Shown one piece after another: positions 48,276 through 62,626 of a stretch of 64,000 nt of DNA (position 1 is the first letter of the stretch; every line of letters begins with the position of its first letter). The notes beneath the pieces are model-generated. The model was not told the DNA's origin. It ran no database searches and worked only from the letters and a program-made list of their open reading frames with translations. Origin of the DNA: Macrostomum hystrix (lineage: Eukaryota; Animalia; Platyhelminthes); assembly GCA_950097015.1 (NCBI GenBank), contig CATNEN010000013.1:744001-808000 (forward strand). Direction: 5' to 3'. The position numbers and the translations under genes are program-made.

Positions 48276-50034
48276 TTAGGCGAAGAATTGGTTGAATAGT
48301 ATAAAAATCAACACTATAACCAATTCATCATCATCAACAATAATAGCCGACTAAGTTTTGTCGATTGGTTGAATAGGTATTGAGCTACAAAGACTAATAA
48401 TGTGTTAATTTTCTGATGTTTTTCTGTTTGATAATTTTCTAAGCTATCCGTGTTGTCTGTTAATTTGGTTCCGTTTGATTTCATTTTTCAAATTTGCCCT
48501 ATTTTTTAATTCAATTGCCTGTTTGAAAATCTATATAATTTCCTTTTATTGAATTTCCTATCCTCTCGCTCTGGCTCCTTTAATTTTCTACTAATACTGA
48601 TATTTATTATTTGCTTTTTCTACCGTACCGTATATTTTGTACGGCTGACTCGAAGAACTATATTTTTTATACACACTACTTGTAACATTAGTATCATGTG
48701 GTTTTTATACGCTAGCTTTGAGGCTCATGGCTACAGGATCTATTGATGCCAATACCTTATTTGATGCTGATGATAATAGTGCTTGCTTAGATGTTGATTG
48801 TACTTTTTGTTGTGGAGCGAGTATTACTTTTTTCTGACCGATTTGGATCAACTAATTTAACGTCACATCCCGGTTTCAGCGTTACATGTGAAAAAGTCTA
48901 GTGTTTCCATAGCATACCTGACTGCCAGCTGAAGTGTGTGCGTGTTTTCTATTTTCTACTAACTTTTCTATTATTATATAGCCTGCTTTTCTATTTAGTA
49001 TCAGACTGTTTTTTTTCTATTTCTTAGTTTTTTTTAGCTTTTTTTATTATCAATAATTTTGATTTTGTTTTATTTCGCTATCGTCCAAAACTTCTTGGTT
49101 CCTCCTCAAAGAAGCATAAAAGCTACTAAAAGGAAATTTTTTAGTTGGTTCATTACAGTCCATTGCAAAGCTGAACTCCTTCTCCGGAGCAGTTGAGATA
49201 TGAAATTCCTTTATTTATGGGATTGCATTGATTCTCCGCCTGTTGAATCTAGAAGTTGAAAATGCAACCATTTATTACTAGAAAAGGTGCGTCATCGATT
49301 AATTAGAAAATTGTTTCAATCCCAGTTATTTATAATCAAGGATTAAAAGATTGCCATACTCGCTATTGAATGCAATACATTATCGATTAATCGACAGGCT
49401 TAGAGGGCTTTTTCTACTTAACTTTCTTTTGTACTTCTTCACAGCTAATTTTTCTGTTGATTTATCCAGATACCCTAATTGGTTTTTAGTGAATTGGAAT
49501 TTGCATCTTTAATAATAGTGCACTGTACAGCTGGTTACCAGTGCGCGTGATTCTAGTTTATCATGTGATTCAGCTTCGTAGAAACAGGCTAGAGAAGAGA
49601 CCTATCTAACCACCTGAACTGTTTCTACTTCATTCATTTATGTTAAAATATTTTTATTGGTCTGTTTCTGTCATAAATGCCATGGTATTACTTCTCCAAA
49701 CCTTTCTCACCAATCATAGTTGCGTAGTTATTTTTCTATTGTATACTACATTTTCTGATTCTTCTGCTCGACCCATAGGTCCTTTTGATTTTTGCACCAG
49801 TTTTTTAGCATTCTATTTCAAAGAGGCGTAACGCATTATATGATTTAGCTCGTAAATATATGCACATTTCTGGCCATATTTGTTATTTTTTTAACCTCTA
49901 GTCTTTTATTGGTTTACTCTTTCGTCATATCCATTCTCAGTTTCGCTGTTGCTTAAGTTTAACTATTGCTGCCTCGAAGATTTTTACTTAGTATAAAAGT
50001 CCTACTCTCTCGTACTTAACATTTACTTTAACTC

Positions 50035-50232
50035 CACCAACCACCTCACTCCGCCAGCCACCTCACACCGCCAGGCGCCAGCCACCTCACTCCACCAGCC
50101 AACTCACTCCGCCAGCCACCTCACACCGCCAGGCGCCAGCCACCTCATTCTACCAGCCACCTCACTCCGCCAGTCACCACCATCCGCCAACCACCTCACT
50201 CCATCAACCACCCCACTCCATCATCCACCTTA
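50035..50232. repeat. Degenerate ~17-bp repeat CCACCTCACTCCGCCAG
   Basis: Tandem motif visible. Confidence 0.75.
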
Positions 50233-51619
50233 GCTTGCCCATGTAGTAGAATATTTGCAGTTCTTCAAACAGCAATGGTACCCTTAGCCAAACACCGAAG
50301 AGTGTTTGTGATTGAGTTTTTGCTTGTGTCACGCTCTCGACCCAGAAATGGCAAAATTCTTTTTTTGTGTATTACGCCACAATCTTTCTTTACAAAGCAA
50401 GTATCCATAAATATTTATTGATTTTATTTTGTTACAAAATTGTTATAAATTTTCTTCTTCTATTGGTCTAATCCGGTAAAAATTGTGTTTTTTAAACCAA
50501 ATTTGAAAAGTTGAATTATTTCATCCAGGTCACCTTCTATTTTAAATGGAGATTGTTTCTCTTTGTTAGTTTTCTTAGCTTTAATTTCAATATTTTATTG
50601 TTTCTTTGGTGGGCGAATCTCTGCGTGTCATATTTTAGTGTTTTGTTTGTTTTCTACATTTCTTTCTTTTCTTAGCAAACAATAACATATAATGCTTTGT
50701 TAGCCTGCACTACTAAGTGAGTAGTATCTATGCTATGCTATGTAAAGTAGGAAAAAGTTTTTTTATCAGAAATGTGCACTAATTTTAGGAAGATAACTTT
50801 GCATCCAATTTTCAGCTCTCTGTTTATTTGTTAATAAATCAGGTTTATCTGATACTCGTAAAAAGCTATTTTCAAATTCTGTTTCTTTAATTTGTACTGC
50901 AGTTCGAGCAAACTATTTTGAATGCTTTTTATCCTTCAGTTAAATTTCAGTTCAATTGTGTATAACTGTCGGGTTTTTTTCCGCTTTTTTTATTTAAACT
51001 GCCGAAATTGTTTGCGTCTAATTTGTAATATATGATATTCCTTTTCTGCAATACAGATACAACTGATTTAGCCTGGTTTGTTTAATTCATTGTTTCCATT
51101 TTTTCACTTTTTAGTGTCTATTTTTGCTTCGATTTTTATACTTCTAATTTCTTCGCTAATTTTTCAGTTGTTTTATTGCTTCAGTTTTTTTTGTTTGAAT
51201 TTAAAGTATAATTTATTGAATTTTTATTTGAATTAATCTCCGTTTATCTAGCTAAAGATAGTTTTCTACCTGAACCGGGTGGATAATATGAATTGACTAA
51301 CTAAACCATGTTAACTGATGATTAATTTCTGTTGCAAATTTCTGCGATTTTATCTGTTTTTTTCTACTGAATAAAAATTGATTATATCTGCTTTTTTACT
51401 TCTGTTTGTTTGTTTTTCACCTTTTTGTTCTTTGTTTATCAAAAAATCTACTTTCAAATACAAACAAAATAAACTATTATGAGATTATATTTATATTTAT
51501 ATCTATTAATTTCCTTTGCACGATTCAAATGGAACTGCACTCTTGTTTGTGTCACTCTAGTTGTTCATTTCTTCTGTATCAGTTGTAACTGAGTGAGAAT
51601 GATTCACGAGAGATAATCT

Positions 51620-51895
51620 ACTAGATGTCCATTAGAGATTATCTAGATGTCCATTAGAGATTATCTAGATGTCCATTAGAGATTATCTAGATGTCCATTA
51701 GAGATTATCTAGATGTCCATTAGAGATTATCTTGATGTCCATTAGAGATTATCTAGATGTCCATTAGAGATTATCTAGATGTCCATTAGAGATTATCTAG
51801 ATGTCCATTAGAGATTATCTAGATGTCCATTAGAGATTATCTAGATGTCCATTAGAGATTATCTAGATGTCCATTAGAGATTATCTAGATGTCCA
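51620..51895. repeat. 22-bp minisatellite CTAGATGTCCATTAGAGATTAT
   Basis: About 12 units. Confidence 0.95.
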
Positions 51896-52974
51896 ATAAA
51901 GGCTTTTGGATTTGGATCTTTTTGGGTTAATTGAGTGAGATTATCGTGATTATCTTTGAAATATTACGTCTACCAATGACTGATTATCAATCAGATTATC
52001 AGTGAGAGATTGCGCCACTATCAACTAGAGTTTGTCAAGGCCATCCGTAAGAGATTATTCAGATAATCCAAGAGAATTTACAGAAACGCTGAGTTACAGT
52101 TGACAGGTATTCAAGCTTCTATACTCAGTGTCTCTTATCCTCCGATTGAAGAACAATGCGGTGCCGGGTGAAAGCCAATTGATATTATCTCTTCCCTGGC
52201 TGTCTGGTACTGTGGACCAATCCCAAAGCGTCTAGACAGAATTTGTAGTGGCCCTCCTAAATGCACAGAATGAGAGAAAGAACGAGCGAAACATAAATTC
52301 ATCAGCAGCTTGGAAATTGGAAGCTACCACTAGATTTTAATCAACTCTCACTGCCAAACTGAAGCAGCGGCGGCAGCAGCAGCAGCAGCATCAGGCTCAG
52401 TAAAATATACTCCTTCAGGTAACAAAGAAAGCGTAGAACAAGAATTGAGAGAACTGAAACAGCCCCACTTACTCTTTATTGCTGCATGGAGTTAATTTAG
52501 CGCACAATAGTCGGGCGGTTTAGTCACACACACACAATCTCTTTCTCTACTCACGACTAAATTCCAGTGTGCGAATCGCCATGCAATATGACAATACAAA
52601 GCACGACAATTAAATGAAAGAGAGAGCGAAAGAGAGAAAGAAACAATCACTCGACGAATTATAATATAAGAGACAAGGCGAGACAGGCGCCAAAGCAAAT
52701 AAATTATTATATATAGGCGCTGGGTGGGTGGTTTTACACTTGCAATTACTTTTACCAACTCTCGCTTCTGACTAGAAGATTAAATAGGAGTATCTACTAC
52801 TTTTCTTGTCCGGTAAGTGCCGCCATTTATATGCGGGGATCATTGCGTGTGGATTAAATTGTGTTCAAGGTTTCCCATTTTTCGTTGCTTTGCAAACCTT
52901 TTTGTTAAAGTCGTCATGTTTTCTCACCACCAGGTTCCTCAGATTATTTGATTCAGGCTTATTAGAGTATCACC

Positions 52975-54550
52975 TTCATGCATTAGATTCTCTCCTTCAG
53001 GTCCTGAAAAATCTCAAATGGAGGTTCATTAGATTCTCTCCTTCAGGTCCTGAAAATCTCAAATTGAGGTTCATTAGATTCTCTCCTTCAGGTCCTGAAA
53101 AATCTCAAATTGAGGTTCATTAGATTCTCTCCTTCAGGTCCTGAAAAATCTCAAATTGAGGTTCATTAGATTCTCTCCTTCAGGTCCTGAAAAATCTCAA
53201 ATTGAGGTTCATTAGATTCTCTCCTTCAGGTCCTGAAAAATCTCAAATTGAGGTTCATTAGATTCTCTCCTTCAGGTCCTGAAAAATCTCAAATTGAGGT
53301 TCATTAGATTCTCTCCTTCAGGTCCTGAAAAATCTCAAATTGAGGTTCATTAGATTCTCTCCTTCAGGTCCTGAAAAATCTCAAATTGAGGTTCATTAGA
53401 TTCTCTCCTTCAGGTCCTGAAAAATCTCAAATTGAGGTTCATTATATTCTCCCATTCATGTTGATTAGATTCTCATCTTCAGGTTCATTCGATTCTCATC
53501 TTCAGGTTCATTAGATTCTCATCTTCAGGTTCATTAGATTCTCATCTTCAGGTTCATTAGATTCTCATCTTCAGGTTCATTAGATTCTCATATTCAGGTA
53601 CATTCGATTCTCATCTTCAGGTTCATTAGATTCTCATCTTCAGGTTCATTAGATTCTCATCTTCAGGTTCATTAGATTCTCATCTTCAGGTTCATTAGAT
53701 TCTCATCTTCAGGTTCATTAGATTCTCATCTTCAGGTTCATTAGATTCTCATCTTCAGGTTCATTAGATTCTCATCTTCAGGTTCATTAGATTCTCATCT
53801 TCAGGTTCATTAGATTCTCATATTCAGGTTCATCAGATTCTCATATTCAGGTACATTAGATTCTCATATTCAGGTTCAATCGATTTTTATCTTCAGGTTC
53901 ATTAGATTCTCATATTCAGGTTCATCAGATTCTCATATTCAGGTACATTCGATTCTCATCTTCAGGTTCATTAGATTCTCATATTCAGGTTCATCAGATT
54001 CTCATATTCAGGTACATTCGATTCTCATCTTCAGGTTCATTAGATTCTCATCTTCAGGTTCATTAGATTCTCATCTTCAGGTTCATTAGATTCTCATATT
54101 CAGGTTCATCAGATTCTCATATTCAGGTACATTAGATTCTCATATTCAGGTTCAATCGATTTTTATCTTCAGGTTCATTAGATTCTCATATTCAGGTTCA
54201 TCAGATTCTCATATTCAGGTACATTAGATTCTCATATTCAGGTACATTCGATTCTCATCTTCAGGTTCATTAGATTCTCATCTTCAGGTTCATTAGATTC
54301 TCATATTCAGGTACATTCGATTCTCATCTTCAGGTTCATTAGATTCTCATCTTCAGGTTCATTAGATTCTCATATTCAGGTACATTAGATTCTCATATTC
54401 AGGTACATTCGATTCTCATCTTCAGTTTCATTAGATTCTCATCTTCAGGTTCATTAGATTCTCATATTCAGGTACATTAGATTCTCACCTTCAGGTTCAT
54501 TCGATTTTCATCTTCAGGTTCATTAGATTCTCTCCTTCAGGTCCTGAAAA
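52975..54550. repeat. Compound satellite: 46-bp units (to ~53445), then related 23-bp units CAGGTTCATTAGATTCTCATCTT
   Basis: Both share AGGTTCATTAGATTCTC. A 46-bp-type unit reappears at ~54520. Confidence 0.93.
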
Positions 54551-55229
54551 TTCTCACCTTCAGATTTAGATTAAGATTTAAACCTTTATATTAGTGCTTC
54601 AAAGCAGAGGATCAGATTGAAAATTTCCACGTTCCGCATTTCCCGATTTGAAATCAGAACACCATTTTTTCCTTTAAACTAAGCTCACACTTTCTTAGAA
54701 TCGATAAGCAGTTTACTTTTGCTCATCTAGTCGGGCCCGCATATACCAGCTCGCAGATAGCAAGTAATAACAAATTAGATTTAGTCATCGGTCAGGTCAA
54801 TTTGGAGCTAATTTGGTTCGCTAAATTTCAATTTATCTCAAAACAAGCAGGATGGAGGGCTGTCCATTGCGCAATCCTAGAATTGCTGATGTGTAGTAAA
54901 AATACTTGAAGTGCTTCCCAAATTGAGTTGGGATATTCTAGAAAATGGGACAGAATTCCCAGGAAACTCAAATAGTGACAGGATCGCTAACGAAGTGAGC
55001 AACTTTTGGAGGCCAGCTCCAGATTCAATGCTAAACCGTGGCGCGATTTGAGGATAAACTTGTTGCCTATGGGAGCCTGGAGTTTGAGCAATTTTCGATG
55101 AAAAATCATTTTGTCACTGCACTGCTGGGCGAGAAAATCTTATTTGCGTATTTGCTTTCAACTAGGTTGCGTACAGAACCTTGAAGTGTCCCAAAATGAG
55201 CGAGATTAACTAGAGGCTTTGGTGAGACA

Positions 55230-55230
55230 A

Positions 55231-55262
<32 letters not shown>

Positions 55263-55263
55263 C

Positions 55264-55296
<33 letters not shown>

Positions 55297-55297
55297 C

Positions 55298-55332
<35 letters not shown>

Positions 55333-55398
55333 TGTAAGGTAATGTAATGTAATGTAATGTAATGTAATGTAATGTAATGTAATGTAATGTAATGTACG
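55230..55398. repeat. (TAAG)n followed by (TAATG)n microsatellites
   Basis: Read directly. Confidence 0.95.
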
Positions 55399-55462
55399 TA
55401 TGTAATCAATCCAAGCCACTCAATTTTCGCCAATTGTGTAAAGCAGTGCACATTTCTGGTAT

Positions 55463-56093
55463 GATTGTGCAGTAACCTGTGAGTTCGGGTTAAAGTTGAT
55501 GCTGTGCAGTAACCTGTGAGTTCGGGCCAAAGTTGATGCTGTGCAGTAACCTGTGAGTTCGGGCCAAAGTTGATGCTTTGCAGTAACCTGTGAGTTCGGG
55601 CCAAAGTTGATGCTGTGCAGTAACCTGTGAGTTCGGGCCAAAGTTGATGCTGTGCAGTAACCTGTGAGTTCGGGCCAAAGTTGATGCTGTGCAGTAACCT
55701 GTGAGTTCGGGCCAAAGTTGATGCTGTGCAGTAACCTGTGAGTTCGGGCCAAAGTTGATGCTGTGCAGTAACCTGTGAGTTCGGGCCAAATTTGATGCTG
55801 TGCAGTAACCTGTGAGTTCGGGCCAAAGTTGATGCTGTGCAGTAACCTGTGAGTTCGGGCCAAAGTTGATGCTTTGCAGTAACCTGTGAGTTCGGGTTAA
55901 AGTTGATGCTGTGCAGTAACCTGTGAGTTCGGGCCAAAGTTGATCCTGTGCAGTAACCTGTGAGTTCGGGCCAAAGTTGATCCTGTGCAGTAACCTGTGA
56001 GTTCGGGCCAAAGTTGATGCTGTGCAGTAACCTGTGAGTTCGGGCCAAAGTTGATCCTGTGCAGTAACCTGTGAGTTCGGGCCAAAGTTGATG
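55463..56093. repeat. 37-bp minisatellite GTGCAGTAACCTGTGAGTTCGGGCCAAAGTTGATGCT
   Basis: About 17 units. The 37-aa period in the ORF track equals three units. Confidence 0.95.
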
Positions 56094-57724
56094 CAATCGC
56101 TTTAAACAGCTGCACTAAAAATGTGCGGTCTACAAAAATTTCTGCTACTCGAGTCTTGTCCCAACCATGCGGGGGGTCCTGTGACAGACAATGAGAACTG
56201 CAGAGTAGATGATAAATGTTTTAATTGAGTGAAGTGGGTTTGGCCGGGTTCTCACTCTATGCTCAGTGAAAACGGCTAGCATTTTTTTCTCAGGTTGTTG
56301 GCAAATAAAATGATCTGTTCTTCTTTCTGATACATTTCTTTTGCACATAGCAACTATCTATATTTGTGGCATTTCGTATTTTCTTGATTCTATTGCTCGA
56401 AGCACGCCTCAATGTTGACACTGATAAAACATAACCACTCGCGCCTATAGACAGGCCAGATCAGACGCGATTGCTTCTGCTAAAAAGCAGAAAGCTTCAG
56501 GTAAATTTAAGAGAAACTATTCTACTTTCTAAAGAAAAACCAATTTGAAAATGGGTCTAATTGTAGGACCATTTTGCCGCTCGTTTTAATACCAATGGGA
56601 ATTTCCCCCTGACAATTTTTGTGGTTCTTCTGAAACAAAAATCAAGTCGCCAGCCATTCAGACCGTCGAGACATTCAATGTTTCTGGCCGAAGGTCCGAT
56701 TTTTCCCATAAGAACTAGTGTATTTCATGCACCCCTGTACACGAATTTGCACTTCGACCTTCAAAATTTATCAGCACGTCACCCGAATGTGCCTGTATCA
56801 TCTCCGTCTTCGGTGGTCACTCAACTTTATCTAGACGGAGCTGCTGGACCTTCAGCAAGTAATAGTCGAGTTTAGGCCAATCCATAGCCAGCTGGAAGCA
56901 CTCTGCTGACGTGCTTCCAGTACGGATGCCACGGTGCTAACGGCGTCGGGGTGGTGACTGATTGGTTGACAGACTAGACGAGGGTCCTGTGCTGCAACTT
57001 GGAGGTTGGCTTGGTAGTTCTACTGTTAATCTGTTCTGATAGTTGCACAAAGCTCCGTGGTTGATATATGAATTGCATCATCACTGCTGACTGATGAGCT
57101 GAATATTTCTGTTGTTGGGGCGGCCAGAACCCGGGGCAGTGTCCTGGAGTAAAATAATCCAAGGAAGAAATCTGAAATCAGATAAGCTGTTTGGCGCTTT
57201 GAAAAGATGTCCAAAAAAATTTAGAATGGGGTGGAGAAAGACGAATGAGAAAGCTGAAATTCTTGCATTTTTTATTTCTCATTGTGTAGCGCCGTTGCGT
57301 CTGCTTTTACCTTTAGTTGTTATCTCGAAGCGAAATCGCAAATAGCAATATTTTGTTTCCCGCCAACCCGGGCGACAAATGTATGATTATAAGCAATAAT
57401 TAATTATACTCGTAGTTGCTAGGCCAAGCAGAAACCTATGTAGACAAGCATCTGAACCAGTTTGTTTGAAATCGTAACAAATTTTTGAACAAAAAAACAG
57501 CCAGAGATCAGATCGTGAAGTTTTATAAGCTTGGTTTTTCTAAACCAATGTAAATATATCGGCTTAGTGTGATGTAGCTGCAGCATCCTACTATGGATTA
57601 TTGTGGCTTACAGAAAATAAACATTCTGTTCACAACATTTAACGCATAAATACGAAAATAAAAGCGGAATATAAGTTTCGTCTGTAGCGTTTGTTTATGA
57701 TGAGGGTTAGGGTTAGGAAGGTGA

Positions 57725-58395
57725 GGGTTAGAAAGAGCTAGAGAGGGGTAGAAAGAGCTAGAGAGGGGTAGAAAGAGCTAGAAAGGGGTTGAAAGAGCTA
57801 GGGAGGGGTAGAAAGAACTAGAGAGGTGTAGAAAGAACTAGAGAGGTGTAGAAAGAGCTAGAGAGGGGTAGAAAGAGCTAGAGAGGTGTAGAAAGAGCTA
57901 GAGAGGTGTAGAAAGAGCTAGAGAGGGGGTAGAAAGAGCTAGGGAGGGGGTAGAAAGAGCTAGAGAGGTGTAGAAAGAGCTAGAGAGGTGTAGAAAGAGC
58001 TAGAGAGGGGGTAGAAAGAGCTAGGGAGGGGTAGAAAGAGCTAGAGAGGGGGTAGAAAGAGCTAGAGAGGTGTAGAAAGAGCTAGAGAGGTGTAGAAAGA
58101 GCTAGAGAGGGGGTAGAAAGTGCTAGAGAGGGGTAGAAAGAGCTAGAGAGGTGTAGAAAGAGCTAGAGAGGGGTAGAAGGAGCTAGAGAGGGGTAGAAAG
58201 AGCTAGAAAGGGGTTGAAAGAGCTAGGGAGGGGTAGAAAGAGCTAGAGAGGGGTAGAAAGAGCTAGAGAGAAGTTGAAAGAGCTAGAGAGGTGTAGAAAG
58301 AGCTAGAGAGGGGTAGAAAGAGCTAGAGCGGTGTAGAAAGAGCTAGAGAGGTGGTAAGAAAAAGCTAGAGAGAGGTAGAAAGAGCTAGAGAGAGT
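57725..58395. repeat. ~20-bp purine-rich minisatellite GTAGAAAGAGCTAGAGAGGG
   Basis: Tandem units visible. Confidence 0.92.
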
Positions 58396-59104
58396 TAATT
58401 TTATACCTCTCGTGAGTTAGAGAGGGTAGAAAGAGTTTGACTGGGGTAAAGAGAGTAAGAGAAAAGAAGGACAATTAGAGTGAACGAAAGAGAGTGTAGA
58501 ATTAATGATAATTAAAATGAAGCTAATTGTGTAATTTATTGATTTCATGCACAAAAAAGCAGATTTCATTGACCCTAGTTTAAACTGGTATTCAATTTGT
58601 TAAAGTGCTTTGCTTCCGTGCCCGTTCGCCCTGATCCCATAATCCCACTGCTGTCTTTGTCAATCAGATTCTCCCTGTTCCCAACTGGGATCTAATATCT
58701 AATAACCATGCGCCGAATGTGGAAGCAGAAGTGGCCACTTATGATATTTCAAACTGGCACAGTTAATTTTCATTCGTGTTTTTTCATGGGTTTTCCTGCG
58801 TCTTCTGGGGGAAGCAGCTTGGAGGTTGCACGAGTAAATATTTAGTCAAGCAGCGGGTAGCAATGTCAGCCTTCAGCAATGCCCTAAGCAGGTTTTATGG
58901 TTTGGACAAGTTGCTCTGGTTTGACCCTTGGTCAGTTAAGATCTGGGACAATAGTAGATCAAGGCCGAGATTGATGGGGTCAATATGAAGTTTCAATTAA
59001 TTCCGATATTGCGCAAAGCTTTTGTGCATTTTTGTTCCAGCAAAGGGACATTGTTGTCTAACTGATAACACGATAAGAATGGCAGAAATTATAAATGGAA
59101 TGCG

Positions 59105-59775
59105 ATGGGAGATTCTGTCTAACTCATTGGGAGATCCTGTCAAACTCATTGGGAGATCCTGTCAAACTCATTGGGATATCCTGTCAAACTCATTGGGATA
59201 TCCTGTCTAACTCATTGGGATATCCTGTCAAACTCATTGGGATATCCTGTCAAACTCATTGGGATATCCTGTCAAACTCATTGGGATATCCTGTCAAACT
59301 CATTGGGATATCCTGTCAAACTCATTGGGAGATCCTGTCAAACTCATTGGGATATCCTGTCAAACTCATTGGGAGATCCTGTCCAACTCATTGGGAGATC
59401 CTGTCAAACTCATTGGGATATCCTGTCAAACTCATTGGGATATCCTGTCAAACTCATTGGGAGATCCTGTCCAACTCATTGGGAGATCCTGTCAAACTCA
59501 TTGGGATATCCTGTCAAACTCATTGGGAGATCCTGTCCAACTCATTGGGAGATCCTGTCAAACTCATTGGGATATCCTGTCAAACTCATTGGGAGATTCT
59601 GTCTAACTCATTGGGAGATCCTGTCAAACTCATTGGGATATCCTGTCTAACTCATTGGGATATCCTGTCAAACTCATTGGGAGATTCTGTCTAACTCATT
59701 GGGAGATCCTGTCAAACTCATTGGGATATCCTGTCAAACTCATTGGGAGATGCTGTCAAACTCATCGGGATATCC
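59105..59775. repeat. 22-bp minisatellite ACTCATTGGGATATCCTGTCAA
   Basis: About 30 units. Confidence 0.95.
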
Positions 59776-60048
59776 TAGTCTAGTATTATTATATTTGTCT
59801 CGGAATAAATAAATTATTGGTGAAATTCTAGACATACTCAACCCGACCAAAACCCAATCATTTATTTCAGATTTCGGCAGAAGAAAAGCTTTACAGACAA
59901 TCTCGTCTAACCAGGCCTTTGTTTAATTACTGAAGCCCATAATTATGTGGCCGACGGGAACCACCTAGCAACCACTGGGACCGATTGTTTGCCAAGCCGT
60001 GCAAATTATTTAACTTGATTGTCACCCTTGTCGGAGGCGAAGATTGCC

Positions 60049-61414
60049 ATGCCGGACATCAGGGAGGAGGTCTGGTTCTTCCAAGAAATGGCTCCCCTGC
60101 TGGCCACTGCGATCCTGGGCCCGATGCCCGACGGTGCCTTCCTAGTCAGGAGCTTCAAGCGTCGTCTGGCATTGTCGTTCGTGTGAGCACCGCCCACCTT
60201 GTCTCACGCTTTCAGTGTCTCTGCTTCTCTCTTTATCATTCTCTAATTGTTAGTTAACTAGAAATTTCCCCTTTTTAAGACTTTTCTTTAAAATTTCCCT
60301 ACCGCATCTCTCTTCTGTGTTCTATCTTCTATCCTCTCTAATATCTATTCTCTCTTCTATTCTCTTTGTTCTCCCTTGCCTGTTCTATCTTATACCTTAT
60401 CTCTTCTCTCTTCTGTGTTCTGTCTTCTCTCTCCTCAGTTATCTCTTCTCTCTCCTCAGTTATATCTTCTCTCTCCTCAGTTATCTCTTCTCTCTCCTCA
60501 GTTATATCTTCTCTCTCCTCAGTTATCTCTTCTCTCTCCTCAGTTATATCTTCTCTCTCCTCAGTTATATATTCTCTCTCCTCAGTTATATATTCTCTCT
60601 CCTCAGTTATATATTCTCTCTCCTCAGTTATATATTCTCTCTCCTCAGTTATATTTTCTCTCTCCTCAGTTATATATTCTCTCTCCTCAGTTATATATTC
60701 TCTCTCCTCAGTTATATTTTCTCTCTCCTCAGTTATATTTTCTCTCTCCTCAGTTATATATTCTCTCTCCTCAGTTATATATTCTCTCTCCTCAGTTATA
60801 TATTCTCTCTCCTCAGTTATATATTCTCTCTCCTCAGTTATATATTCTCTCTCCTGGGAGGACAGATAACTGAGGATAGAGAAGATCTTCTCTCTTCTTT
60901 GTTCCATTTTGTCTCATTCCGCGCCTTTCATCAATGTTCTGTCGTCTGCTTTTGTCGCTTTTTCTTCTTCTCTCTCTTCTTCGATTCTCTGAAAAATGTT
61001 CATTCAGATTCGGATTATTTTTCCGAGCAATCCTCGAGGTTGTTTCTAAAAATAGCCACAAGTGAAATCATTTAAATAGGCCAATCACAATCACCTTGCC
61101 GCGGAATGACTGACAGGTTGTCCTAACCTTGGCTGCAAATCCGTCGCGTTATAATTATGCTAATTTCCTATATCTGTTTTCCAACTTTCATTAGTAGAAA
61201 GCATGCCACCCCCCAGCAGTTTTTCTCCCCAAATCCCAACAGAAAGTACAGAATGATGCGCAAGGTGCTCCGCCACCTCTGGCTGCGCCTTCCGCCCGGT
61301 GTGGGAGGCTAAAAAACCACTTTAGAAGTTTAAGGTCTAGGCCGAAAATTCCTGCAGCTTTTGAGAGCTCGTTGCTTGGGTCGGCGAGGTCGTGAAGGGA
61401 ATGCCACCGCCGCC

Positions 61415-61451
<37 letters not shown>

Positions 61452-62626
61452 GAGGCCACGTGACTTTCCCTGAACAGCTGCTTCAATTTTCTACACCCTC
61501 CCATTCTAGCAGGACTGCTGCCTGGGTAGGCGGCGTGTCAATTTTATTATTTTCACATCGACAACCAGCCAAGGCGAGTTGCAAATGCGAATTTGACGCC
61601 TTGACTATTTGAAGACAAAAACTTGACGATATGAGGCTTGTTTGTACTTTTCGTTTATAAATGCTTGTTAGTAGACGTGTTTGGATCCACTTGCTGGCTT
61701 GTAAATACCAGTAATTAGGCCTTGTACACGTTTTGTTAAGGTCACGGTACCTTTTCAGCACAAATTCCTTCTGTTTATTTCCTTAACTGTTCTAAAATAA
61801 TGGTCTAAATAGATTTCGCAAGGAAAGCTCGCAGATATAAAAAAGTTTAAAAAATTAACAGCAGTTAAATTCGACCTCTTCAAAGCTCCATAAACTGGAC
61901 CTCTTCAAAGCATCATAAGCTGGACCTTTTCAAAGCTTCATAAGCTGGACCTCTTCAAAGCTTCATAAGCTGGACCTCTTCAAAGCATCATAAGCTGGAC
62001 CTCTTCAAAGCTGCATAAGCTGGACCTCTTCAAAGCTTCATAAGCTGGACCTCTTCAAAGCATCATAAACTGGACCTCTTCAAAGCTTCATAAAATGGAC
62101 CTCTTCAAAGCTTCATAAGCTGGACCTCTTCAAAGCTTCATAAGCTGGACCTCTTCAAAGCATCATAAGCTGGACCTCTTCAAAGCTTCATAAAATGGAC
62201 CTCTTCAAAGCTTCATAAACTGGACCTCTTCAAAGCTTCATAAGCTGGACCTCTTCAAAGCTTCATAAGCTGGACCTCTTCAAAGCATCATAAGCTGGAC
62301 CTCTTCAAAGCTTCATAAAATGGACCTCTTCAAATGAACAAAAATGTCTTCAAACAGTTTTCGCCAACCATGAAACTCGCAGAAGCGACTCCACCGTTAA
62401 GCACCTGTGGATTCACCGCGATGAAGATGGCCAGTGCTACGTGTTGCGTCACGAGAAGTTCGCCAGCGTGAGGCACATGATCGAGCGCTACCGGACCTGC
62501 CGCAGTCTCGGCATGCCGCTCGCCAGCTGCCCGAAGCCGGCTGACATCGAAGCCTTCCTGCGACTGCCCGAAGAGGACATTGAGCTGGGCTCTGAGTCCA
62601 CTGATGGCACGGAGTCGCAGCTGACG
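60049..62626 (+). CDS. SH2-domain protein (exons 60049-60182 and 62383-62626; continues 3')
   Basis: VWFFQEM...ILGPMPDGAFLVRS...LALSFV|SDSTVKHLWIHR...FASVRHMIERY is an SH2 fold. The phase-2 GT-AG junction is in frame. The start is uncertain (in-frame stop at 60016). Confidence 0.78.
60400..60855. repeat. 21-bp pyrimidine-rich minisatellite TTCTCTCTCCTCAGTTATATA
   Basis: About 21 units in the SH2-gene intron. Confidence 0.95.
61877..62332. repeat. 25-bp minisatellite GGACCTCTTCAAAGCTTCATAAGCT
   Basis: About 18 units. Confidence 0.95.

Noticed and set aside
56892-56920. Perfect 10-bp hairpin CTGGAAGCAC/GTGCTTCCAG
   Set aside because: Isolated, with no supporting terminal motif or family; could be chance.
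57703-57731. TTAGGG telomere-like repeats
   Set aside because: Only 2-3 interrupted units, merging into a purine-rich minisatellite.
25409-61075. Long repetitive ORFs (25409-25933, 37264-37647, 55206-56096, 59095-59694, 60317-61075 and similar)
   Set aside because: They are translations of stop-free minisatellites in several frames, and several lie inside identified introns.
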